A DNA stretch of 63,020 nt, the filler included, from Collodictyon triciliatum (taxonomy: Eukaryota): the NCBI GenBank assembly GCA_043381765.1. It is 17 parts of 17 records of this genome, joined end to end, with 100 filler letters (N's around TTAATTAATTAA, not from the genome) between each part and the next. Parts side by side here need not be neighbours in the genome. Positions count along the whole stretch, not along the records: positions 15,136 to 18,816 come from JBHJMP010006997.1; positions 18,917 to 22,597 come from JBHJMP010006998.1; positions 22,698 to 26,374 come from JBHJMP010006999.1; positions 26,475 to 30,149 come from JBHJMP010007002.1; 13 more parts are not named here. One strand, 5' to 3'. The notes below the pieces were generated by a model. It saw only the letters and a program-made list of their open reading frames with translations. It was not told the origin of the DNA and did no database searches. Each line of letters begins with the position of its first letter. Positions within the stretch are counted from its first letter, which is position 1. The position numbers were made by a program, and so were the translations under genes. Positions 15,278-29,191 of this stretch are shown piece by piece.

Positions 15278-17464
15278 ATGAGCTCCGAATCTGAACAAGC
15301 AGAGCCGGCTGTTCCAGTGGAAGCAAATGAGCCGGCTGCTCCGGTAGAAACAAATGAGCCGAATCTGTCCGCTGGTGAGGCCACTACGACCGCCCCTGAG
15401 GAAAAAAAAAACTCCATCAGCCCGCCTAAAGTGCTTACGGAAGAGCAGCTGAAGGAACATCGCTTTTATGAAATGACCTCGTTTGAGCTGCGCAGGATTC
15501 TCATCCGACTCAAAGAGACTGCTGCAAAGAGAAAAAAACGCCGAGTGAAGGAGAACCTGGTCGAAGCAGCCAATATCCGAGTGCTGCAGGCGATCTTGAC
15601 GCTTCGTTGGGAGCGGAAAAATAGTGGAGAGATAAAAAAGAACCTGCGTCAAATCCAGAACAGGCTCAAGCTCAATACTAAGAAACGCGCTCATAAGTTG
15701 ACAAAGGAAAAAGAATCTCAAACGAATGCGGAGCCAAACACTGGCGAAGGACAGTTGTTGGACCAGAAGTTGGAGGAGGCAAATAAAGAATTGTCTGCAT
15801 TGAAGGTCCGCTGAATATATGCATAAATACATATATTGTTATTAGTCTCCTTTAGCCAGTATTAATGGTGTTATTCAACTTCTCCCTGTCTTTTTCTTAC
15901 ACATTTTTCAAGGTTACTTTTTTTCTAAAAGTTTTTTTTTAAAGTAAAACAAAACATGTTTGCTAAATAAACTCATTAGTGATATTGTTTTCAATTGTAG
16001 GAGACATCGGTGGATGAACTTTACCAGGAATATCTCGTTGCAAAGAGATTTCACGAGCACATTAACACCCCGAAGGAAAATCGCAAGGAATCCGAAAGCA
16101 TACGAAAGTACGGGCCGCTCTGTCAGAAAAGCGTACACCACAAGCGCATTGCTACGTGGATCATAAACCATCAGCAGATACGATCCTTCTTTGATGAAAA
16201 AGTGCGGAAGGCCAAGGAAGAGACAAACGCTCAAAAGAAGCAGCCGCAAACGAAATATGCCGAAAATGATGAATCAGATAACTCAAGCGGGGGCGTCGAA
16301 GAGAGCAGAGATGGTGACGATTCACCATCTGCATCTAAAAAACCAAATGCATCTATCCAGAAGAAATTAATTGACAAACTTCTTCAAGCAAAAGCAAAAC
16401 GTGGTGCAAATAGTGATGGGGATGAGGACGATGGTGATGAAGAAGAAGATGTTGATGATGAGGAAGATGCCCAGGAAGAAGATGAAGAAGAGGAAGATAG
16501 TGACGATTACTTTGTAATAGATGAAAATCTTGGTGGTGAAGACGAAGACGAAGACGAAGACGAAGACGATGACGAAGACAAAGACGAAGATTTAAATGTC
16601 CGACATTACGACACACACCAGGGTAAGAATAAAGCCTCATCGCAACAAAGAAACGCCCCTGGGAAATCAAACCCGACAAGAAATCCAAGAGGAAAAAATG
16701 ACGACATATTTCTGTCATCGCTGAATTCCTCAAAATCGGTATGGAATTGTAAACCAATTTTCTTTTGTTTAACTTTAGTATTATTTCAAAATTATGAAGG
16801 CCTTTTTTACCCAATGAAAGATTGAAAGCTATAAAGAAAAGAGAAGAAAAGAGAAGAAAAGAGAAGAAAAGAGAAGAAAAGAGAAGAAAAGAGAAGAAAA
16901 GAAAAGAAAAGAACAGAACAGAACAGCACAATTTAAGAGACAAAGAGAACTTGGCTTGTAGTCAGTTCTCAAAACAAATGCGCATTCATAGGGCCGTGCT
17001 AAACCTGACCATGGAGGAATGCCCCAGAAAAGGAACAGAATGGGCCAACGACAAAGGAGAATGTAGCATCAACTCTAGCATCGCACATATACCAATCATG
17101 AATTTTCATATTCTATATCTCAAATTCAGCCAATTGTATTGTCTGTTCTTTGTGAAAGCCTCATCTCTATACACATACACTTCAAAATATTAACTGCGTC
17201 ATGTCCTCTAGGCTGGCCGAACGCCAGTACGGAAACACTGCAAATCATCTGGAGAAAGAGCGCCAACAGCGCCCGAAAAGCAGCAGCTATTCAACCGGGA
17301 AGCCATATGGCAACAGGCTGGGTGGACGAGATGCTGGACAAGAAAGGAAGAGGAAAGAGCCTGAAAGTATCGAGCAACTGCACCCTTCATGGCAAGCCAA
17401 GCGCCTGCAGAACCAAAAGATATCTCTCAACTTCAAGACTCAGAGAGTCACTTTCGATGAATGA
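15278..17464 (+). CDS. BUD22/SRFBP1-family ribosome biogenesis protein (multi-exon)
   Basis: Basic N-terminus, long acidic tract, KRNRMGQRQRR-like segment (~17030-17060), ERQYGNTANHL, and the diagnostic C-terminal LHPSWQAKR...RVTFDE*. Confidence 0.8.
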
Positions 17465-17673
17465 CAGGGCAATAACACCCCGACGATTGATTAAAAGAAC
17501 AAGAAAAGAGCAAGTGAATATGTGAAGTTGAATTTAAAAGAAGCTTTCGGTGTAATGATAATAATGGTAATAATTCCTTTAAATGAATAACAGGAAATAA
17601 CAACGATAAACATGAAAAAAGGTGTGAATTATTCAGTGGCAGAAATCCTCCTTTTATTACTGAGGGTATTCAA

Positions 17674-18400
17674 CTATATTTTGCTCTTGGCGCCTGGCTC
17701 TTCTCTGCAATTGCACATGCTGGACCGAACGAAAGGATTCCTTCTTTTCTCATCACCTATGCACGTATGCGGACCGTGGCCAGGAATCACCTTTATACAT
17801 GTACAGTGAATTAAACAAAATGATGCATTTTGGCGAATTACAGGCAGTCACCGAGAAAGAAGGACAACACTCAAAAACGTCGGTGCCCTGCAAAATGAGA
17901 TGCGATTGGATTTCACGTCTTTGTTTGATATACCCGAATTTCATCATCCAGGGTGTACAGTTTCTTGCAAATAGATGACTTTATCTCCGTAAAGCTACAT
18001 GTTAACGAGGGAGGGAGAGAAAAGAAAAGAAGTAGACAGTTTCCGCTGAGCTCACAAAAAAGTATCCAGAGTTGCATTCATTGCGAATGGCTAACATAGA
18101 TGACACAAAAAAAAAACAATAAAAAATCTACAAAGTACAAATATATATAAAGAAACATGGCCGACATTAGGCAACGTTTTGTAGGGAATAAACTGTAGAT
18201 ATAAACGCGTTGGAATCTAAAAATAAAATAGAATAAAATAAGACAGAGAACCTCCCACCAAACAGGTCTGTGCGTCCTATTCCGCTCTTGAACAGTGTGT
18301 CTCCTGTGCAGACCATTGACAGTGGCTCAAACAAAACACATATAGAGCCCATAGAATGCCCGGGTGTATGGAGAATCCGGGCACCAAAATCGATTTCCAT
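17674..18400 (-). CDS. Metallo-beta-lactamase-fold hydrolase (glyoxalase II/YcbL-like), 3' part
   Basis: ILHTPGHSMGSIC...TGDTLFKSGIGRTDLFGG, KKLYTLDD and VIPGHGPHTCIGDEKRRNPF over three exons. Confidence 0.88.
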
Positions 18401-19334
18401 CTGGATGCGATTTTTTTTTTTTTTTATAAAAAAAATTGAACAAATGATTATTCTTGCAATGTAATATACTGGAAAATAAAATCATCATTTTCATCGTAGT
18501 CATGTAATATTCAAGGACAACTTCTTTAAAATAACTAACAAGAAATGGACAATTCTCAATATATTCTCTTAAATTGATAATAAAAGCGAATGGGACTCCA
18601 CGGGCAACGATTGTAAGTGGAGCTTGATATATTGAGAAGTAAAAAACAAAATAAAACTAAATAAAATTACAAATAACAAAAAAAAATAATCAAAAATAAC
18701 AAATCAAAAATAACAAATCAAAAATAACAAATCAAAAATAACAAATCAAAAATAACAAATCAAAAATAACAAATCAAAAATAACAAATCAAAAATAACAA
18801 ATCAAAAATAACAAATNNNNNNNNNNNNNNNNNNNNNNNNNNNNNNNNNNNNNNNNNNNNTTAATTAATTAANNNNNNNNNNNNNNNNNNNNNNNNNNNN
18901 NNNNNNNNNNNNNNNNGAGTGCGTTGGTGATGTTGCGCTTCTGAACGTCTTCCTTGTTTGTTGTGGTCGCCACGAAAACAGGGATGCGCTACAGCTACTT
19001 CAAAAGATCCATCAAAGGCTCTCTAGTTTTGCGGAAGACTTACTGCTGATGAGCCGACCGCTGAATGCCACGCGGTAAAACTTCCTTTTCGCTTGAACAT
19101 CATATCATCATGTCATCATTTCATCATTTCATCATTTCATCATTTCATCATTTCATCATTTCATCATTTCATCATTTCATCATTTCATCATTTCATCATT
19201 TCATCATTTCATCATATTATCATTTCATCATTTCATCATATTATCATTTCATCATTTCATCATATTATCATATTATTATTTCATCATTTTTGTATTATGA
19301 TTCTCAAATCTCTTAAATAACTCCCTCTCTCTAG

Positions 19335-21180
19335 ATTTGTATCGTCATTATTGGAATTCCTTGAGCGTGTTAATTCACTTGCTGCTTCGACACCCGACTG
19401 GGTAATATTCGATGATTCAATACAGAAAGATATGGCTTTCCAACGAGCCAGCAACTTTGCCTTATCGATTCTGCAAAAAGCGATGCTGCGGCCACGACAG
19501 CCTGATCCAGTGGAGGCGATGTTGCTTCACATCGGGATTGATGAAAAGTCGATGTATGATGCTTTCCAGTTGCAATACTCGGGCGTCATGAAATCAGCTG
19601 CAAGGGCCAGTGGAGATAATGTATATGCATAATTTTTCTTCTATATTTCAATCAATACTACTTGTATTTGCGGTCTCGTTTGCACAGTCCTTGCGCAGTG
19701 GCTTTAAGTGATCCCTTTAATTCACAGTTTATCTCTTGTCAGATATCCATTTTGGAACAAGCACGTTGGCCTGCTTTGTTGCCACATCCTCCTGGTAAAC
19801 TACATAGGCAATTTAATCCAGTTTCTCTAGATATTGCACCATAATATTGCACTCCTATCTCGAATATGCAAATTTATAAACAAAGGTTATTATTTATAAT
19901 GCGAGCATTCATAGGCGCTGGATACGAGTGTGGCTTTCAAGAAATCCAACCAGAAAAAACTGTATTCAAATTTAAATTTTATCTTATTGACTTTCATATC
20001 ACATTCAAGAAATTATAACAAGAGCATGATAACTATTACTCTAATATTTTTAAAAAAAATCCTTTTTTTTTGCTTGATATTTTAAGGTATTGCAAACACT
20101 CCAGTTTTTGATTGAAAATCCGCGCTCGACAAAGGAGGACATCCTTTCGAATTTCTCCGAGTTACTTGTTATATCATCTTCTCCTGTTTTGCATTTGCGC
20201 TTTTTCACCTGTTGCGCAACCATTTTTCTCAAGACAGGAAACATTATAATCACTCGGATACTTATGATAATCGGCGACACCGTCTCAAAACTTATTTCAG
20301 GAGAAGGAAGATTCATGATTCACCAAGTACACCAGAAGACCTACTAAATCCAGATGTTTCCTCGTTCCTTTCCTTTAGAACTAATATTTTCTTATTATTA
20401 CTAATATCTTTAGCCTCTTTGGATATTAATTTTTGTTTTTGTTATTGGCTCCATTTTAAATTCAATGACCAACATATACTGTTTTTTTTTTTGTATAGTT
20501 CTACCCATCCCTTGTTCGAGACATGTCTCTCAGACTCTCGTCTTTTCATCATTCATCGAGCATAATTGCGCAAAAAGGAGCAGTTTCTTTCATCATACAC
20601 GAGTTGAATCAAATCAAATCGCAGGCAGAAAAACGAGAAAGTTTACATCAGTCAAACTACCAAATGTGCATCGTCTTTTGCTTGTTATGGGAATGGTCGA
20701 GTCCGTTCTATGATTTACTATCACAAGACGATATTTCTGAAGTAGGTCTAGTTTTTAAGTTCAGCAGAAACTCAATTTATATTTCTATAATAAAGTCCTA
20801 CCTTAATTCTTCAAATTAAAACCAAGGATGGCTTGAAGTACGTTTCTTTCATGATTCATCCTGGCATCCACTCGATGAAACGCATCGACCAAGTTCGAGA
20901 ATACTTGCAAATAAATATTTCAGAAGATAACCTACCACGACTTGATGAACTGTTCAATTCCCCAGAAAAGACTGCTTCTGTCGTAATACTTTTTTTTTTC
21001 AGAATAGAATGGCTTAAACGCAATACCTTTAACTTTTTTTTTTTTCTCATTGACTGGTCCTCTTGTTCTTGTTTCCAGCATATGTTGTAAACATTTATCA
21101 ACTTTTAGGTTATTATGGGCCGATATATACAAAAGTGCTTGAACAATCAACTTTCCAGAAGCGAGGCAAAACGGATGGTC
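19335..21180 (+). CDS. Uncharacterised multi-exon protein (partial)
   Basis: Series of helical-looking coding segments (19351-19620, 20087-20160, 20500-20745, 20827-20982, 21109-21177) bounded by AG/GT. No family recognised. Confidence 0.4.
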
Positions 21181-22099
21181 AACTTTATTTTATTTTTCCT
21201 TTTTACCCCATGAACTCGTTTCTTACTCTTGACACAAAATCATGAGGCATAATCACGCTTTCTTTCAATTTCACAATTTCACAATTTCACAATTTCACAA
21301 GGAATCAAAAAGGACTGACCAGCGACTTTCCCCAACAGAACAAGGTTGTTTTTCGGGTATTGTCCAAGCTCCCAAAGGAAGAAAATGCATTCAAGCATTT
21401 ATGTTTCGCACAAATAGACCGCTCTCATCAGCCTCCGAGTGAAAAGGAGACCTTAGTCAACACTCTTTTTCCTTGCCTGGAGAGCTAGTTAAAAGACGTT
21501 TACAGTTAAAATGTGTATTAAAAAAACTGAAGCATTCCAAAAAAAAGAATACAAAAGAAAAAAAAGGAGCAACCCAACCTATTCTCCCTAACCGCTGACA
21601 TGAAAAAAGCAAGAATAAAAAGTTGGCACTTTCGCACTATCTTGGGATTTCGATGTCCCCAGATTGCAGCCTAGACTAACGCATTTTACCCTTATTTGAA
21701 GAATTTCAATGTATTGATTGTCCGTTGAAAACGGTCACCAAACCTGGAAGCTGAAAAACCACATTTCAATTCTTTGTTTCGATCGATGAATCACAAATCA
21801 GCAGAAGTCGCAACGCAACCGGCAGTGATCATCGGCTCGGGTGCGACTCAAAAGCATACAGTGCGCTTCCTCTTCGTGGGCTCAAAAAACCAACTATCAT
21901 CATCGTGAATGTACCGGCTGTCTGAATGGGCTTTAAAAAGGGGGTTCAGTGGAGCTTAATTTTTTTTTGTTTTTTGCTTTTCTGTGCTCGCAAAAACGAA
22001 GTTTTCTCTCGCGTTGGCAAAGGAGCACAAACTTTTCCTGGCCTCTTTCCTACTGACCAGTTGCTATAAAAAGAAAAAATTATAAAAAAGAACGAAAAT

Positions 22100-22145
22100 C
22101 CCCTCGGTCCTGCACAAAAGTTGAAAGGAAGAATAATAAAAAAAA
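22100..22145 (+). mobile_element. Short poly(A)-tailed retroposed insert, family 1 (CGGTCC variant)
   Basis: CCCCTCGGTCCTGCACAAAAGTTGAAAGGAAGAATAAT plus A tail, between direct repeats ATAAAAAAGAACGAAAAT (22082-22099 and 22146-22163). Confidence 0.88.
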
Positions 22146-24349
22146 ATAAAAAAGAACGAAAATGAAAGGAACAAAACCGAAAAACTGCGTTGAATCGAGA
22201 TTTGCGTCACGTCAGATTGCAACGCTTGGAATGACTGCTGCAGGCCCACATCATCTCCACCAAACACTCAACGAAACTGTCGGCAAGATGCAGGTGACTG
22301 TCAACGCGCATACTTATGTATTTAACCGAATAGGAATATATGGAACCCCCAAAAAACCATAAACCCCAAAAAACCATAAACCCCAAAAAACCATAAACCC
22401 CAAAAAGCCAGTAATAAAAACCAATAATAAAAACCAATAATAAAAACCAATAATAAAAACCAATAATAAAAACCAATAATAAAAACCAATAATAAAAACC
22501 AATAATAAAAACCAATAATAAAAACCAATAATAAAAACCAATAATAAAAACCAATAATAAAAACCAATAATAAAAACCAATAATAAAAACCAATCATNNN
22601 NNNNNNNNNNNNNNNNNNNNNNNNNNNNNNNNNNNNNNNNNTTAATTAATTAANNNNNNNNNNNNNNNNNNNNNNNNNNNNNNNNNNNNNNNNNNNNAAA
22701 AAACAAAATAAAAAACAAAATAAAAAACAAAATAAAAAACAAAATAAAAAACAAAATAAAAAACAAAATAAAAAACAAAATAAAAACAAAATAAAAAACA
22801 AAATAAAAACAAAATAAAAAAATAAAAAAATAAAAAAAATAAAAAAATAAAAAAAATAAAAAAATAAAAAAAATAAAAACAAAATAAAAACAAAACATAA
22901 AGAAGCAAAAACAAACACCAACCTGGTTTGTCAGATTTAGGAGGGGGTGATTTCATGGGTGGTCTTTTGGGCTTGATTTTTTCTATGAACACATTTATCC
23001 ATTAAGTCGACGTTTCGCATAGGAGTTCCCGGATCAATTTTCCCCCGATACTCAACATACATTCACTTCAATTTTATCAAAGCTGCAAATAATACCTCCA
23101 TATAGCTTCAAGCCCAGTTGAATGGCTGCCTGGACAGATTCATCGAGAGTCATGGGTACATCGGACACTACAATGAAAAACGCTCACAGATATGGATAAC
23201 ACTCTCAAAACGAGATTTATTGTCCCGAAGAATTTATAGATGGAGAGTTACACAGAATTCAAACTACTTGGATAAACATAACCTTTTGGTGCGTCTGCAT
23301 TATCCGCCATGTTGTCCATAGTTTGGGCATCGCGCTTTTTTCTGTATCACCACGAATTTTTAAAAGAAAATACAGAAATATAAAATACAGAAATATAAAA
23401 TACAGAAATATAAAATACAGAAATATAAAATACAGAAATATAAAATACAGAAATATAAAATACTCATATACTTCATAATGCAATAAACGTAGACACAACA
23501 AAACATTTGAAAAAGCATACGTTGCATTCTGTACTTCTACAGTTTTTTTGACGTTAAAGCACGCCGCACGAAACGGAAGGCAGAGAAGGAAGCAGTGCGT
23601 TTGGTTTTAAAAAGGATTTGAACAAAATCAGTTTGAGATCCAAAGTGCCGGCATAGGAAGTAAAAAGAAAAGATGCGTGTGCCAACACTACTCCCCCAAG
23701 AAAGAGAAACAAACTTACCTGAGTCGATCACGTCAGTCATCGGCAAAGTGTCACTTCTCGCTGTTCTTTGTGCGTTTGTAGAGTGGATCAGACCTACAAG
23801 CATCGTCAAACAGCATGTTTTTTTTTTTTTTTTGAGGGGAACTAAAGCATAAAGCTAGCCCGTTGTTAACAAAACGCCGAAAAACCCTCACAGAAAACTT
23901 TTGAGGATAACAAACATATTACTTCAGATTCTTGATAAGAAAAATAGTAAGAAAAAAAGAAAAAAAAAAGGGGATGAATAGATAAAGTGCATCGAATACC
24001 AGTGCAAAAGCACAGTATTCATCAACGCAGATAGCATCTCGAGTAAACCTAATCACTTTCATGGTATTATGAGAGAGGTGTCCTTGTGACCAAACAAAAC
24101 CTTGGATATTTATATATATATTTATTTGCTTTGCGACATCTTCAACACTTTCTATATCCAATGCTCGGGACATGGCCCGTTTCCCTCAAGGCGTCTCTCT
24201 TAGGATATCCCGAAATCTGCGTTTGTTTATATGCTTTGATTGAGATGAATCGATTCGAATAATGAAGCAACATTTCCTTCTTTTTTAGAATAAACCCAAG
24301 CAAAAAGTATGTACAACTTTCGAAAAAAAGGTAAATCATATACAGCTTT

Positions 24350-26081
24350 TCCATCAATGAGGTAGGTATATGAATTTGAATACTCGATTATGTGTGATAT
24401 CTAGAGACTCGATCCAACCCATACGAAAAATGCAGTCGGGTATTTCACCAAACTATGTAAATGTATCAATACATCAGAGAAAGTGGTATGCTGCAAGTCT
24501 AAAGTATTTGAGGAGATGTATGTAGATCACTGTTACGTGATTATGGGAAAGACAAAGGTCTTTCAAGGCAGTTAGCTCATCGAATTCCTGGGGAAGCGTT
24601 TCAATCTGCACTTTTTTTTCCCGTACGACGTTGCATATGATTAATGTGAGTGGCATATGATCAATTCTCGAAGTGACATTTTGGTGGATAAAGCCCTGAC
24701 AACCTTGTTGAAAGAAATGTCAATCGAGCACAAGCCTGCCCAAGAATCGATAAGCCCTTTATGGATATTACTCAGACCTTGGTTAATGCAAACAGCTTCG
24801 AACAGAGCCAAGGAGTGCATGATTTCTGACGTCGATTTGCATATGTAACGAACCTGTGTAGGGTTCCTATAGAAAGGCAACGAAGATATTCCCACGTGTG
24901 ATCTTTTTGTATGAACGAAGTCTCGGTATTCGATGTTAAAGTTTTTTAGATTCTTCATGAAGGTAATGGCTTCAGGCAAGACTTCTACCTACAAAAAGCG
25001 CCTCAGTCAAAATTTTTTTTAATTAATCATTCGAAAAGATATTTTGATATTGTATCAGTTTCTTGTTTTAAAAAATCGTCTACGTGGCGCATACTTCGTT
25101 CTCTTGAAGGTAGAATGTTGTTAATTGCGATAGAATCGAAAGGCCATCAGGTAATGATGTGATTGCGTTTGTTGACAAATCCATGTGCTTCAAGTTTGAA
25201 AGGTATGAGATACTATTCGGAAGTGATGTGATTGAGTTTTTATTCAAGTCAATCAGCGTCAAATTTGTCAAGGAGAGAACAGGAATAGGAATCTCCATGA
25301 ACATGTTGTGCCTCAGACTGAGCGCCTTCAACTGAGTCAAAAGTGAAAAGTTCATGGGTGTGGAAGATAGTTTATTTTGACCCAACTGAAGTATCACAAG
25401 ATTTGACAGGGTATATATCTGTTCTGGGAGTGCACTGATATTTATTTTGTCCAAGTACAAACCTGTAAGGTTCTGCAAGGCCAATATCTGCAAAGGAAAG
25501 GAGGCAAGGTCTCTGTATCCCAGGCTCAAGTTTTGAAGATTCGAGAATATCGATATCTTATGAGTAATATTTGTAAATTTATTTTGGTTGGCATAGAGCG
25601 TTTTCAAGTTTATCATTAGCATTAGCTCCTCAGGAAATGACTCAAGACGATTGCAATCGAGTTGGATAGACTCTAACTTTGTCAAGAGTGCAAAGCTGGC
25701 ACCCAAAACAGATAACCTATTGTAGGAAAAACCCAGTGAGAGCAGCCCAGTAAGCAACGAAATACCATTAGGAAGGTGGTTGTAGTGGTTTTGGTTCAGG
25801 TGAACTTCAGTCAGACGAGACAAAAGTGAAAGATCTGCCGGCAACTCAGCAATTCTGTTTTGATTGAGCCAAAGTACCTCCAAGTTTGAAACTAAAAATA
25901 CACCGCCAGGAATATTGACCAGGCTTCTTGCGGAGATGTTAAGGTATGTGCAGTTTTCCAGTTGGCCGTCGCCTCCTTTTGTTCGATCTGCGATATCTCC
26001 GATGATTTTTCCAAGAGCTTTTAGTTGGCTTTTGTGGTTATCGATTCCTCTGGTGCTTTCTTTCGTATAAAAGTTTCCCAT
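24350..26081 (-). CDS. Leucine-rich-repeat protein with putative N-myristoylation signal (3' extent uncertain)
   Basis: 333-aa first exon with about 12 LxxLxLxxNxL repeats, starting MGNFYT (MGxxxT). Further LRR exons at about 24990-24350. Confidence 0.85.
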
Positions 26082-26764
26082 CTAGCAGGTGGGAGTCGTT
26101 TTTCCTGATTTCTCTCCTGTTTTTACAACAAATATTACAATTGTTTCCTTCATGAATCATTTTATATAATTCCTCCTCAAAGTTCGTACTTGTTCATATA
26201 TTTTTTTTACAGGTTACTTTGTTGACGATTGAGTATACAAGGCCATACAAAGAATGTAAACCCATAAAATAACCCAAAAAACTCCATAAAAAACTCCATA
26301 AAAAACTCCATAAAAAACTCCATAAAAAACTCCATAAAAAACTCCATAAAAAACTCCATAAAAAACTCCATAAANNNNNNNNNNNNNNNNNNNNNNNNNN
26401 NNNNNNNNNNNNNNNNNNTTAATTAATTAANNNNNNNNNNNNNNNNNNNNNNNNNNNNNNNNNNNNNNNNNNNNTTTTTTTTAAAAAAAAAAAAAGAAAA
26501 AAAAAAATATTTTATACCTGATTTTTTTTTTTTTTTTTTTTTTGTTTTTCTGACTGGTTTTTTTTGTTTTGTTATTTTTTGTTATTTTCGTTTTTTTTCG
26601 TTTTTTTCGTTTTTCGTTTTTTTTTTCGTTTTTCTGTTGGTTTTTTTTTTTGGTTGGGTTTTTTTGTTTTTCTGTTGGTTTTTTTTTTGGTTGGGTTTTT
26701 TTGTTTTTTGTTTTGTTTTGTGACTGAAAGCGCAGAGACCGATTGAGCGAATCGGGACCGTGCA

Positions 26765-28272
26765 ATGTCCCTCGCGTCATCGTCGTCGTCTTCGCTGAAA
26801 GCAGCCCGCATCATGATGCGATCGATGCGGCCTTTCAATTACGCCCACGTGGGTCGGGAGGCTGCAGTTGGCGAAGCCGCCGATCCGCTCCGCATTCGGG
26901 TGGCCTCCTACAACGTCCTTGCCCAGGTCTACTCGCGATCAGAGTATTTCCAGCCCTTTCAAAAGTATGGCCACTCATTTATGCCTTTAGGCATAGAGTT
27001 TTAAATTGGATTTTTATTGTTTCTTTATTGGATTTTAATTGAATTATGTTGCATGCTTTTTTTCACTTTATTGATTCTTTTTACTTTGATTTTTTGCTTC
27101 TTTATTTTGCATTTTTTTTGCATTTATGTGTCATTTTTTTCATTTTTATCATTTTTTTGAATTTGTTGGTGATTATTTAGGTTACTCAATTGCAATCCCT
27201 ATGTATTTGTCCTTTTATTACGTACAATATCGTTCAAACCCTGTCTTTTATGAAATTAAAAAAAGTCTTACTACAGATCTCAAGTGCGTTGGAAAAGTCG
27301 AGGCCCGCTATTTTACTCCGAAATATCCCATTTCAAGCCAGACTTGTTGTGTCTACAAGTAATACTAGCAATTATCGTTTAGATTGGCTCTGGTTTCTTT
27401 ATTATTTTTTATAGTGTTGTGTAAAGCTAACAATATTTTTAAGGGATTGGTCAACTTATTTATGTGGATACCTGCCTTTTCTGTCCCTTCAGGAATGTGA
27501 TTCATTCGATACCTGTTGGAAGCCTCAGCTAGCTGAAATGGGTTATGATTCGTTATACTCCAAACGAACCGGCAGCAAGAAAGACGGATGCGCTATTTTC
27601 TACCTGAGAGAAAGGTACAATCAAATGTAGCGAATAATTCGACTGTCCAATGAATCCTCTTGTTGCTTTCAGCATATTGATTTATTTTTTTATTCTTCCT
27701 TTCAATTTTGTGCAGAATGGTGGAGATGTTGGAACATATTGATTATTTTTATTATTATTTTCACTGTTAACCATAGTGACACTGTTAATCTGTATTTTGA
27801 TGTGTAAGAGTAAAATGTAGAACAAATTAGCATTTAATCAAAAAAATCGTTTATTCAATCCAGATGAAGAGGTTCTGTATTGTTTGTTTGTTTGTTTGTT
27901 TGTTTGTTTGTTTGTTTGTTTGTTTGTTTGTTTGTTTGTTTGTTTGTTTGTTTGTTTAAAATGAAACCATCAATAGGTTCACCATTCTTAACCACAGAGT
28001 CTTGAATTACAATGACATTGCAAATGGTTGCTTGTTAGATTAACTATCTTTCATATACATTCACTGTCTATGTTACCTTTATTTTCCCTTCGTTTTCGTT
28101 TATTTATCATTTTGCCAGGATAATCACAAAACTGAGAATAGACTTAATCTTCTAGATTATCCTGCAGACGAACGCCAAGATTACATGAGAAATAATGTTG
28201 CCTTAGTGGCAGAAATCCGCCAACTAACGGATAATTCCAGATTCTTGTTGGCTTGTACGCATCTTTTCTGGG
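26765..28272 (+). CDS. EEP-superfamily CCR4/Angel/Nocturnin-like nuclease (partial, runs into gap)
   Basis: RVASYNVLAQVY, QECDSF..WKPQLAEMGYDSLYSKRTGSKKDGCAIFY and RNNVALVAE...LLACTHLFW. Confidence 0.88.
27683..27734 (-). mobile_element. Short retroposed insert, family 1, intronic
   Basis: Minus strand TTCCAACATCTCCACCATTCTGCACAAAATTGAAAGGAAGAATAAAAAAA. TSD CATATTGATT at 27673-27682 and 27735-27744. Confidence 0.85.
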
Positions 28273-29138
28273 GTAAGAAAAAAAAAAGACGGATACCTAT
28301 GTTATGTCATGTCCGCTTGCGTCACATGAATCANNNNNNNNNNNNNNNNNNNNNNNNNNNNNNNNNNNNNNNNNNNNNNNNNNNNNNNNNNNNNNNNNNN
28401 NNNNNNNNNNNNNNNNNNNNNNNNNNNNNNNNNNNNNNNNNNNNNNNNNNNNNNNNNNNNNNNNNNNNNNNNNNNNNNNNNNNNNNNNNNNNNNNNNNNN
28501 NNNNNNNNNNNNNNNNNNNNNNNNNNNNNNNNNNNNNNNNNNNNNNNNNNNNNNNNNNNNNNNNNNNNNNNNNNNNNNNNNNNNNNNNNNNNNNNNNNNN
28601 NNNNNNNNNNNNNNNNNNNNNNNNNNNNNNNNNNNNNNNNNNNNNNNNNNNNNNNNNNNNNNNNNNNNNNNNNNNNNNNNNNNNNNNNNNNNNNNNNNNN
28701 NNNNNNNNNNNNNNNNNNNNNNNNNNNNNNNNNNNNNNNNNNNNNNNNNNNNNNNNNNNNNNNNNNNNNNNNNNNNNNNNNNNNNNNNNNNNNNNNNNNN
28801 NNNNNNNNNNNNNNNNNNNNNNNNNNNNNNNNNNNNNNNNNNNNNNNNNNNNNNNNNNNNNNNNNNNNNNNNNNNNNAGAATGTATTTGTGAAGTAGTTA
28901 TAGCCCCACCACATCCTTTTTTTTCTATTTTATTTGATTTAAGGATGTAGCGATTAATATAATAACGACATACACTTCAGTTATGGGACTCAGCTTTGTG
29001 CAAAACTCGACGAAAGTGTTAGGCTTTTAATTTATAGTCGACCATAACATCAGCATGTTGTAGTTATTAATTTTGATTAAAAAACTTGTTTGTGCAATAT
29101 ACAACGAAAAGTGAATCCTTTATTTTTTAATAACTTAA

Positions 29139-29191
29139 CCCACGGTCCTGCACAAAAAGTTGAAAGGAAGAATAAAAAAAAAATTTTTTTA
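29139..29191 (+). mobile_element. Short retroposed insert, family 1 (CGGTCC variant)
   Basis: CCCACGGTCCTGCACAAAAAGTTGAAAGGAAGAAT plus A tail. TAATAACTTAA occurs at 29128-29138 and 29192-29202. Confidence 0.8.

Noticed and set aside
22345-22597. CCCCAAAAAACCATAAA and CCAATAATAAAAA tandem repeats as telomeric repeats
   Set aside because: Each contig end has a different simple repeat; these are ordinary micro/minisatellites at assembly breaks.
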